The notes under the pieces: generated by a model
Databases searched by the model: none
Told to the model about the DNA's origin: nothing
The model's input: only the letters and a program-made list of their open reading frames with translations
Program-made: the position numbers and the translations under genes
From: Octopus bimaculoides
Taxonomy: Eukaryota
Length of the DNA: 41,040 nucleotides
Reading direction: 5' to 3'
Assembly (NCBI RefSeq): GCF_001194135.2
Contig: NC_068987.1
Location: forward strand, 69,568,956 to 69,609,995
In this document: positions 11,961-22,614 of the stretch, in pieces
Numbering within the stretch: position 1 is the first letter of the stretch
How the letters are laid out: the number at the start of each line of letters is the position of its first letter

Positions 11961-12890
11961 CTCTCATGAACATGAAACGCAACCTTCCCAGCTTTCCCAC
12001 GGATTCTACGTAAATCAAACCTCAGAAACCAATAGCAACAAACAACTTAGGTTCACCACACCATCGCCCAGTGGTTCCAGCTATGAATCCTACCCCCACC
12101 CCGCCCTAACTCACTCAACTTATGCTTCTCTTCTGGATCATAATTTGATGAAAATTCAACAAAATAAATATATAAATGAGTGAATAAACAAATAAATAAA
12201 TAAATAACAATGAAATGGTTGATATTTGTTGTCTACTCCATCCGATTAATAATATTCTCTTTCATTTTATTTTTCTTATTTTCATACTCGCTCTCGATAT
12301 ATGTGTAGGAATATAATACGCAGGCGCACGCATACACACGGTTTAGTTTACGTTGTTCGTGCGTGTGTGTGTGTATATATCTATGTGTATATAANNNNNN
12401 NNNNNNNNNNNNNNNNNNNNNNNNNNNNNNNNNNNNNNNNNNNNNNNNNNNNNNNNNNNNNNNNNNNNNNNNNNNNNNNNNNNNNNNNNNNNNNNNNNNN
12501 NNNNNNNNNNNNNNNNNNNNNNNNNNNNNNNNNNNNNATATATATATATATATATATAGTGAAGGAGAGAGAGAATTATGTAAATAAATGGAAGTGCTCA
12601 CAGATATACGCAAATACATATGTATGCGAGTGTATGAGAGTGCATCCCACAAACATATACACATAGATATACGCACATATATAAGTATGTATGTATCGAT
12701 ATGTATGTAGATATGTATTTGCATATATGTATATATTTATACAAGGAACAATCCAAATACATCCACATGTATGGACACTTATGCATGCTTATATAAATCA
12801 ACCAAATATAGCTATGTATGTGTATCTGCTTGCACGTGTCTACCTCAGTGTTTGTCTGTGTGCATACATGTATGTGTGTGCGTACGCGCA

Positions 12891-12924
<34 letters not shown>

Positions 12925-13176
12925 CTTGCGCGCACCAACGTTTGTATGTATATGTTTGTATCCAGCAATTTGCTTCAGATCTGAAATATGTGCTTCACCG
13001 TGGCTACCAATTTTGACTACATTATGTATAGTAAATTTACTTAATGCTTTGTCGGTTTAACCCCATCCTGAATACAATTTTTGTTAATGCTAAAGATATC
13101 TCGTTGAGTGTTATAGAGCTATCGTAAATTGCTACACTTAACGTTACATACTACTTCCGTTCTCATTGGCACTCAC

Positions 13177-13320
13177 TGTTCTTCCATCAACGTCTTCTAG
13201 TCGGTTAGCCAAATTTAGAGCGAATACAGCAAAAGTATTGTCATTCAAGGCAACGTTCATATTGATAAGAACAACGACAACAATAGTAAAACCAATAAAA
13301 ATGCGAACGAATTTATTAAT
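13177..13320 (-). CDS. Candidate coding exon, 144 nt, phase 0-0, with a signal-anchor-like hydrophobic stretch
   Basis: TTCTTTCAAAG acceptor, open frame INKFVRIFIGFTIVVVVLINMNVALNDNTFAVFALNLANRLEDVDGRT, and a GTGAGT donor at 13176-13171. No homology recognised. Confidence 0.25.
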
Positions 13321-13836
13321 CTTTGAAAGAATTATTATTTTTCCTGTCTTTTCTTTTGTTTTGATATTCTATTGTTTTAAACATGCAATTTTCATTCTCT
13401 CACTTCTTTTCTCACTTCAGTTGTTTTAAAATGTTCGTCTGTTTAAGATGTTTAGCAGATCAAAGCCATTTGCTTGGCTGAAAGCATAAATACAAAATAG
13501 GTTTTCTCCTCTTTGGCGCGTGGAAATCAATTTTCACAAGATTCTATGCCAATATTATATCAGGCATATCAGATTAAAGCCCATGTGCCAAGCAGAATCG
13601 GGTTTGTAACTTTTTTTTCCTGAGATAATGGAGAAGACTCTTACTAGTTATCTAATACTTCGTGGCCTTTGACGCTGGGATGTATTGAAAAATCAATTGA
13701 ATTTACTCTCCAGTGCCTGGCTTTTGGCTCGCAAACGATTATCTCACCGCCGTCAACATTGTTTACGATTTCACTATAGCATAAAGTTGAAGTTTCAAAT
13801 CCTAGTGTTGAGATATTTGCCATCAGGCACTCTGCA

Positions 13837-13837
<1 letters not shown>

Positions 13838-13902
<65 letters not shown>
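13838..13902. repeat. (CA)n microsatellite
   Basis: Perfect run of about 32 units. Confidence 0.95.
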
Positions 13903-13909
<7 letters not shown>

Positions 13910-14404
13910 TACTTTCATGCACACATGTACATATATGTATATCAAGTAGAGGTGTCTACAGTAGTCCTCCGGTCCAAACGGCTCTCGGATTGGACTGTTT
14001 CATTTTCCTAAGTCTTTGATTTCATTTCATCCTTTCTGGATGAGTCAGACATCACCTCTAAACTAAAGCTGAAATCAAAGCAATTTTGTTTTGCTTTTCT
14101 CTATATATTTTATAAAATATCTCAAACAGGGGATAGTAGTTGCTTTAAGTGTGAACAAGCCGATTGTTTCAGAAATGAAAGTTATTATATTAAATCAAAC
14201 TGGAGACATTTCACCAGAAAGTGTCAAATAGGTAAGTATAAAAGAATAGATTTTGAAAACAATTAAATGATAGAAAAAAAAAAGGCAAATTAGTCTAGTT
14301 ATAATCAGTGGATTTTCAATACTTGTTAAAAATACATCAAATATACATAGGTAATAAATTTATAGAAACCGTTAAAAACTTCTATTATTTGGCATAGAAT
14401 ATAA

Positions 14405-14490
14405 AACACACACACACGCGCACACACACACATACACACACACACACAACACACACACACACACACACACGTGTGTGTGTGTGTGTATGT
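14405..14490. repeat. (CA)n flipping to (TG)n at a CACGTG centre
   Basis: ACACACAC-GTGTGTGT palindromic junction at 14470/14471. Confidence 0.9.
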
Positions 14491-16391
14491 NNNNNNNNNN
14501 GTTTTGTTTTTTTTATTTTTGCGTAATATCTTTAAAATCATATCTCGATCGTTTTACATGATTTTGATTTAAACAGTGACTCACCGAGTCACTCTACCGT
14601 GTAGACAGAGGATCAATTGTATATCTATGCACAAGCGCGTGTTCACATACACATATCTACAATAACCGATGTGAACGTACATGGTTGGCTGGCTGGCTGG
14701 TTGGTTGGTTGTTTGGTTTATTCTCAGTCATGCTTTATAGATTATCGAAAGGCGCAGAGAGGAGAGGTGAGAGTACAAAAGGAAATGCAGAGTGTTTACA
14801 CACGATATGCATGAGGAGAGCACATACTAGGCTTGCAGGCGGGCAACGAGTGAAGAAGGGGTACAAATACGTGCATAGTGAGAGAAAAAGAGCTATAGAA
14901 ATAGAGATGGTGTAGGAAAGGGAGTATATATATATATATATATATATATATATNNNNNNNNNNNNNNNNNNNNNNNNNNNNNNNNNNNNNNNNNNNNNNN
15001 NNNNNNNNNNNNNNNNNNNNNNNNNNNNNNNNNNNNNNNNNNNNNNNNNNNNNNNNNNNNNNNNNNNNNNNNNNNNNNNNNNNNNNNNNNNNNNNNNNNN
15101 NNNNNNNNNNNNNNNNNNNNNNNNNNNNNNNNNNNNNNNNNNNNNNNNNNNNNNNNNNNNNNNNNNNNNNNNNNNNNNNNNNNNNNNNNNNNNNNNNNNN
15201 NNNNNNNNNNNNNNNNNNNNNNNNNNNNNNNNNNNNNNNNNNNNNNATATATATATATATACGGAGTAGATTTGGTAAAGCATCGTCTGTTATTATTTTA
15301 AAGAGGTAAAAATTAGATAGAACGTGTAAAAGATGTTACGAATATTTTGAATTTTTCTGTAAATTAATTCGACTTGCTAGGTCTGGCGAAAGGGAAATGA
15401 TGCAGCCAATACTAAATGCCGCGTGTAATTGTGAAAATATTTTTATACATAGAAACATTTTGTATATATACAAATTTTCAATAGATATACCGCGAAATAA
15501 CATATAATTCTTTTGTTGAGAAATATTTTGTTCTACTGAAAGATTTGTCATAGTCATATTGCAAAGACATATGGGGTTACTTAGAAGTGCATGGATTTTC
15601 TTTGAACTGTATGGGTATTACATTCGACACACATCTTGATGATCAATGTTGGGGGTCAAGTTTACTCTTAACCTACAGCCTTGTACGCGCACGCTAGCGG
15701 TTTGCATTGGGCTTTCCCGGGTAGGTAATTGTTATGGATTCTAGAAAAAACAATAATTTGTACGTATACAATACATAACAATGTGCTCGACATAGGTTTA
15801 ATAGCCAAAAGTATTTTCATATCTATGTCGTATGCAACTTGTTTTACTTTTACAGAAGTGTATCCTACATAAACACAAACACGTATGCGACTGTGTGTGT
15901 GTGTCTGTGAACACGCGCCCGTTACTTTGGCTTAATAAAGTGCTGCATATTAAACGGACTAACGGACTGGTAGCCTCAAAATTTCAGGTGAATATTCTTT
16001 TTAACCTGGTAGTACAGTCTTACATTTTATACTTGCCGTATTATTTCCGCACACATGTCCTATTTAAACTGAACCTCAAATTCACAGTCGTTACTTTAAG
16101 GCGTACGTATCTCCAAGCGGAAGTATCAAAGTAGTCTAAAATATCCATTTTTGTTCTATAACAAAAGGTTAAATGATCATAGGAATTGCGCAGCTAAATT
16201 TCTTAACATGAAAACAGTAAAAATGAAAATGCGGACGTATGTAAATTTAATAATTAGAAAGAAGGGAAATGTTTAAAATTCAGAATATTTTGCAGTGGTA
16301 AGGGAATTAGAAATAAAAGTCTCTAAAACAAGCGAAAATATAATACAATGCATTACAAACATTTCGACGTCTAGCTTTGGAATGCGACAGT

Positions 16392-16431
<40 letters not shown>

Positions 16432-16814
16432 TGTCTCTTTCTTTCTTTCTTTCTATCTTTGTTTCTTTCTTTTTCCCTTTTATTTATGTATTTATTTATT
16501 GAAAAATGAATGAATGAATGAATAAATAAACGAAAAAAATAGAGTAATAAAAATACGACTGAGAATTCAAAAATTCAAAATTTGTGAAAATTCAAGAAAA
16601 TAAATAATAAATTAATTAATTACTCATGATTAAGATCATTTAAAATTCTGCCAGAGATACAAAATAGTTGGTACAGAGTTGTAATAGTTTTGGTTGTAAC
16701 AATTTCCCAGGCAAATTGTAACAGAGTAACTCCAGTGGTACTTTAGGATTTGAAAACGTGGTAGTAGATTTTTTATAAATGGGGGGAAGCGTATGATATA
16801 TCTACACATGCACA

Positions 16815-16995
16815 ATTACGTCCCCCTTTATCTTCTGAGTTCAAATTCCGTCGAAGTCGATTTTTAAATTTTTTAAATTTTTTTTACCTTTCATCTTCTC
16901 GGGGTCGATTGAATAAAAGTACCTGTCAAGTATTGAGATCGACTGAAATGACTACTCCATCCTCATAAATTCCAGGCTTTAAGCTCATAAGTAAA
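16815..16995 (+). mobile_element. Meta-domain-type SINE, diverged, with an internal T/A-rich insertion
   Basis: TTCTGAGTTCAAATTCCG (B-box-like) followed by CCTTTCATCTTCTCGGGGTCGATTGAATAAAAGTACC (Meta-like domain). It aligns to 25805 and 26327. Confidence 0.75.
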
Positions 16996-17495
16996 CATGT
17001 TTATTATAGTCTCTCTCAAAGACACTAGCGTATGCAACATACTTATGCATAGGTGCGTGTACACATGCAAACACTTATATATGCGCACACATACACACAC
17101 ATGTCCGTTTGCATGTATACATACAAGTACACACGCGTGTGCAAATATAAACCACGTTTACTCACATATTCACGCTAACAATTTATATGCACGTATGTAT
17201 AATCACACATGTATACATTCATTTATTATCCGAGGAAAAATATACAGGCATATATGAATACGAATACAAACGCATATACACACATACGCATACATTATGA
17301 AATGCACGAACGAACACAGCATGACACGACCATGAGCCAAAGTTGTGTGCCACGATCTTCGATCTGAAATGTTCTAACGGGTTAGAATCGGCGTTCACAT
17401 ATTGTGTGACATTGTTTGGCCAAGCATGCGTGCCTAGTTCCATTGACTGCACTGGAAGCTGTGATTTTGTTTTATTTGTTTACCATTTGTTTTAG

Positions 17496-17605
17496 CATCC
17501 CAGTTCTCACCCACTACGCCAGAACTAGAACCATCAGTAGCATCACCACCCACATCAGATCAACACCATCAGCACGAGATGCACCACGTTTCATGCTCAT
17601 TATGA
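17496..17605 (+). CDS. Weak candidate exon, Ser/Pro/His-rich
   Basis: A long T-rich acceptor ends TTTGTTTTAG at 17495. The phase-1 frame reads SQFSPTTPELEPSVASPPTSDQHHQHEMHHVSCSL to TGA. There is no good donor. Confidence 0.15.
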
Positions 17606-18045
17606 TCAGTAGCATCTCACTTGTTCTCTTTCGTCCGGCCATTGAATTGCAACTTACTTGGCAAGCAACTACATATTGCGCCAGATCTCACTTTCTCTTT
17701 CATTTTGATTCACTCTCTCTCTCTCTCTCCGTCTTTCTCCGTCTCTCTGTGTACGTGCGCGAGATTCATTTCCCTTTTTTTTTTAACAACACTGTCAACA
17801 TTCCACAACGCACCACTTATCTCTCTCTCTCTTCTACTTTATCTTTTTTCTCTCTCTCTTCCACTTTCACTTTCACTTTCACTTTCCTCTCTGTCTCTCT
17901 TTGTGCATCCACCTATATATATATGTGTGTGTCTATGTGTGTGTGTGTGTGTGTATTTCTCATTTTCCCTTTCTATCAATACCATCAAACACATTCCACC
18001 ACCCACGATCATAACACAACAATACCACTACCGGCTTCATTCCAG

Positions 18046-18126
18046 CATTCCCAAACCCCTCACTTCCATCACCGCAGTCCAGCCCCCCTCTCACTACCCA
18101 ATCACAATTGCTACAGAATTATAATC
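18046..18126 (+). CDS. Candidate symmetric coding exon (81 nt, phase 1-1), Pro/Ser/Gln-rich
   Basis: CGGCTTCATTCCAG acceptor, frame xFPNPSLPSPQSSPPLTTQSQLLQNYNx, and a consensus GTAAGT donor at 18127. The length is a multiple of 3. Confidence 0.3.
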
Positions 18127-18952
18127 GTAAGTGTTATATCATGTTACATGATGGTATCGTTGATACCGTCGATTTCAACTATTTCTAATGTCCCAAGCGA
18201 CCCTTTGGTAACTGAAATCAGATTGATGCAAAACCATTTGCAAGGAGAAACAAGTTCGTTTGCGTCCCGAGACAAGTAATTATTTTCACACTGATATAGG
18301 TGCTTGCACGAATGGAGACATTTTGCTTTTAATTGTGTCCCAGTACTGTATTTCCCTTTGTTGGCTACAAGTTCCGATTTGCCAGTAATATATTTATGTA
18401 TTTATTCTGTTATTTATTTGTTTTTACAATTATTTTTCGCTGTAATTTTCTATATACATTATCTTCGCTACGCATATTCAATATACGTTCAATCTATGTT
18501 TGAGTTGTGTTATATCTAATTACTTCTTTTTTTGTTTGCTTTGTTTCTTGTGAAAGCTTTTATGGTACTGAGAGGGTGATTGCCCTGACTATGTACTGCG
18601 TGAGTTGTTACTAAGGTGAAAGTATCTTGTGTAGAATATCTGTCGGATTTAGTATGGTAAATGTTTCGTTATCTTCGTGTGTTATTTATTTATTTTCTTT
18701 ATTTATAGTTTTGTGTGAGCATGTGTGAATTGCTTTTACCTTTGTGGCTAAGTACGAATAGATTTTGAGTGCTGAGATAACAGAACAACAAGTGGTCGCG
18801 TGGTTTCTATATAAATATGCAACCTCTGAGCTGTAGCCCACTGTGGAGGAGATAAAATAATGCTATTAGGCTGGAGTTGTAGATCAGGATGCCCGTCTAT
18901 TATACGTACAGGAATATGAGCTAGGAGCAGATTTTCTACGGAGTGTAGTTGA

Positions 18953-19051
18953 GAAGAAGAAGAAGAAGAAGAAGAAGAAGAAGAAGAAGAAGAAGAAGAA
19001 GAAGAAGAAGAAGAAGAAGAAGAAGAAGAAGAAGAAGAAGAAGAAGAAGAA
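18953..19051. repeat. (GAA)33 microsatellite
   Basis: Perfect run. The poly-Phe ORF is an artefact. Confidence 0.97.
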
Positions 19052-19713
19052 TAGAATGAATGAAGGAATCAAAGTGATACGCAACACCAGAAGGAACAGT
19101 AGCACGAAAGTGAACAAGCCCTAGAAACTGTTACTTCTTGCACATAAAGGTGGCAGCTTCGATGGTAACCGAGAAAATAACTTAGTCCTGAATACCATAC
19201 CAGGGTTCAATGACCAAGAGTCCTATACTTCCAGTACCGTTTCATCCTATTGCAACGAACGTAATCGAATGGAGAAGGATGGTAATGAGTTGGGTAAGGT
19301 AGGAGAAATAGTATAAACAATACAAATAAATAAATAAATAAAAGAACAATCACCAGGATGGGCTGAAAAGAAAATTCAAGAGGAAGCATGCCTATCCTTT
19401 TCAAGTCACGGCTCTGAATTATTAAAGAAGAGCTGATCGAAAGCCTAAACGGCCTGAAGAAGGATGCGGTAGTGACGTACTTATTAAGTCAGCTTTTGTG
19501 GTAATTAGACTGACGGTGAACAACTAAACGAGTGATCTATTGAGAAATCCATGAGCTAATCTGAAGACGTAAAAGAATTCGACGTCCTATACCGAAATTG
19601 CTTACAACCTCTTTGAGAAGTCCTAGGTTTCGGTATCCGAAATGAAAGATGCTCGAGTTGGGAGAAAGGAACGCTAAATTATCCTAGGTGACTGCTTTCT
19701 ATGTGTACATGGG

Positions 19714-19915
19714 TTACTCTTTTACTTGTTTCAGTCATTTGACTGCGGCCATGCTGGAGCACTGCCTTTATTCGAGAAAATCGACCCCAGGACTTATTCT
19801 TTGTAAGCCTAGTACTTATTCTATCATCTCTTTTTGCCGAACCGCTAAACACACCAGCACCCCGTTTGTCAAGCGATGGTGGGTGGACAAGCACAGACAC
19901 ACATACATATATATA
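19714..19915 (-). mobile_element. 3' half of the composite octopus-type SINE with its CA/TA linker
   Basis: TTTTACTTGTTTCAGTCATTTGACTGCGGCCATGCTGGAGCAC...GTCAAGCGATGGT..GGACAAGCACAGACAC aligns to 9601-9800 with an internal deletion. The tRNA head is absent. Confidence 0.9.
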
Positions 19916-20702
19916 TAACATCCAATTTTTATATAAAACTTTTCTGTGTGAATGTATGGTCTTGGCAAATATATATATTATTATCATTGTAAGAATAGTA
20001 GCAGGTAAAATGAATGGAGTGAGATACACAGTCTTATGCTATTTGCTTAATATACCTTTTTCAAATCCTCTGAATTTAAATGCAGTTAGGATTAAGTTCG
20101 CTGTTTGTCCTTATTATGCCAATGTTAGGAATAATTATTTCTAAGATTATTTAGCGATGTTATTGCTTGTTCTTTATTACACGTCTCATTAAAAAAAAGA
20201 TGTTTTGTAATAAAATTAGATATTTTTCAGTTCCCAACTTAATTGCGGGGTCAGCGTAACCTAATCACAGTTTTCTACCAACTCCATAACACATACCAAA
20301 GAAAAAATCCCTACCTAACCCACCGCCAAAACAACTGATTAGTCAAAGAAAGAAGAATAAATGAAAACAAGCAAACAAAAGAACCCCAATTCACTCACAC
20401 ACAAACACTCTCCCAGCCATATTCAGGAATACAGATCTTCTAACATCTTGCAATTAAATCGCTGATTTGGGAACATACGTCAAGTGCATACATACATATA
20501 TACATACATACATACATGCATGCATACATGCATCCATGCATACATACAATCACACACACTAACACAGAGTCGCACACAAATACACACGCACACAAATACA
20601 CACGCACACAACTGAAAGAAGAAACCGATATGGGTGCCTATACGCAGTTACTCGATAAAACAGAGATAGCAACAAAGTTCTCTAATCATATCGCAAATTA
20701 AT

Positions 20703-20754
20703 GTTAATTAATGTAGCCTTAATATTTAGTTAATTAATGTAGCCTTAAATATTC
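20703..20754. repeat. Two-copy 26-bp tandem duplication
   Basis: GTTAATTAATGTAGCCTTAATATTTA followed by GTTAATTAATGTAGCCTTAAATATTC. Confidence 0.9.
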
Positions 20755-20821
20755 GTAAAGAGAGAATGGTTACCGTTGGAGGACACTTTTTCACATACTT
20801 CAGCGCAATCCAGTCTGAGCT

Positions 20822-20860
20822 GGATGATGATGATGATGATGATCATCATCATCATCATCG

Positions 20861-20894
<34 letters not shown>

Positions 20895-20965
20895 CCTCCT
20901 CCTCATCATCATCATCATCTTCTTCCTCATCATCCTCATCATCCTCCTCATCATCATCATCGTCG

Positions 20966-21002
<37 letters not shown>

Positions 21003-21118
21003 CATCATCATCGTCGTCATCATCATCATCATCCTCATCATCATCATCATCCTCATCATCATCATCATCATTATCATTATCCTCCTCCTCCTCCTCCTCA
21101 TCATCATCATCATCATCC

Positions 21119-21151
<33 letters not shown>

Positions 21152-21207
21152 CCATCACCATCATCATCATCATCATCATCATCGTTATCATCATCATCAT
21201 CATCATC
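20822..21207. repeat. (GAT)7 flipping into about 370 bp of degenerate (CAT/CCT/CGT/CTT)n array
   Basis: Directly visible. It is the source of the poly-H, poly-I, poly-M and poly-D ORFs. Confidence 0.95.
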
Positions 21208-21779
21208 AGACATGACAACGACATCAACAACAACGAACGAAGCCTGATAGTATTCTTTATGTTGCTCTCTCCACGCTTGCCTCTGTATCATTTATTGAGT
21301 CTTTCCTATCACTGTTAGCGATCTCTTTTGTCATTAACATAATAGTAAATATGTTCTTTGTCTTGTTGTAGTCTCAGCCTATTTATTTTTCTCAATATGG
21401 TGATAATCGGCGATATTTCCACGCCTGTGAACTAAGAGGTGGTCTTTATCTACGTATTGACAGTTCTCTCTATTGATATGTTTATTATTATATTATATTC
21501 GTTAAGGCAGTAGTGGTGGGATAACATGTTGAGAAGATAAGGAAACGAAAAGCTATCCTGAGCAGGGAAAGATACACAACATTAGAGACAGATATAATAA
21601 ATACATAAAATACTGAGATAGCGAAAGAGGAAAGAATTTGCGAGGAAAGGGGTAGTAAGTAAACGCTGGCATAAGTATTATTTGAGGGCCATAAGTCTTA
21701 ATATTTGCCGTGAGGATACAAGAGATAAACACCTACATAGAAACTGTTTGAAACTGGGTAGAGTACTAACAAACATTTC

Positions 21780-21780
21780 G

Positions 21781-21812
<32 letters not shown>

Positions 21813-21813
21813 C

Positions 21814-21861
<48 letters not shown>

Positions 21862-21865
21862 GGTA
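21780..21865. repeat. Stepwise compound trinucleotide array (AGC)n to (AGT)n to (GGT)n
   Basis: Each block differs from the previous one by one base. Confidence 0.95.
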
Positions 21866-22147
21866 GAGATGGATGAACATTTGAGTGTCACATCCTGGGA
21901 AAGAGGAATTTCTATTAAAGTCCAGAATATATAGAAATTTATATCAAAGCTTAAAAGTAACACTAACATTAGGCCATGAAGCAAATGAATGAATCAAAGA
22001 ATAAATAAATGAAAGAAAGAATAGAGATTATGAAGAGAGATAAACAGACGATATCTATCAATTCATACACATATAGGAACACGAACAGAACTGTATTGTT
22101 CCCCCACCCACCTACCCACCCACTCACTATCTCTGTCGTTATATAGA

Positions 22148-22183
<36 letters not shown>

Positions 22184-22556
22184 NNNNNNNNNNNNNNNNN
22201 NNNNNNNNNNNNNNNNNNNNNNNNNNNNNNNNNNNNNNNNNNNNNNNNNNNNNNNNNNNNNNNNNNNNNNNNNNNNNNNNNNNNNNNNNNNNNNNNNNNN
22301 NNNNNNNNNNNNNNNNNNNNNNNNNNNNNNNNNNNNNNNNNNNNNNNNNNNNNNNNNNNNNNNNNNNNNNNNNNNNNNNNNNNNNNNNNNNNNNNNNNNN
22401 NNNNNNNNNNNNNNNNNNNNNNNNNNNNNNNNNNNNNNNNNNNNNNNNNNNNNNNNNNNNNNNNNNNNNNNNNNNNNNNNNNNNNNNNNNNNNNNNNNNN
22501 NNNNNNNNNNNNNNNNNNNNNNNNNNNNNNNNTCTGTAGACACAAACACACACACG

Positions 22557-22614
<58 letters not shown>

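Noticed and set aside
17416-18279. 287-aa + strand ORF
   Set aside because: It runs through (TC)n, (TTTCAC)n and (TG)n tracts, and no domain is recognisable.
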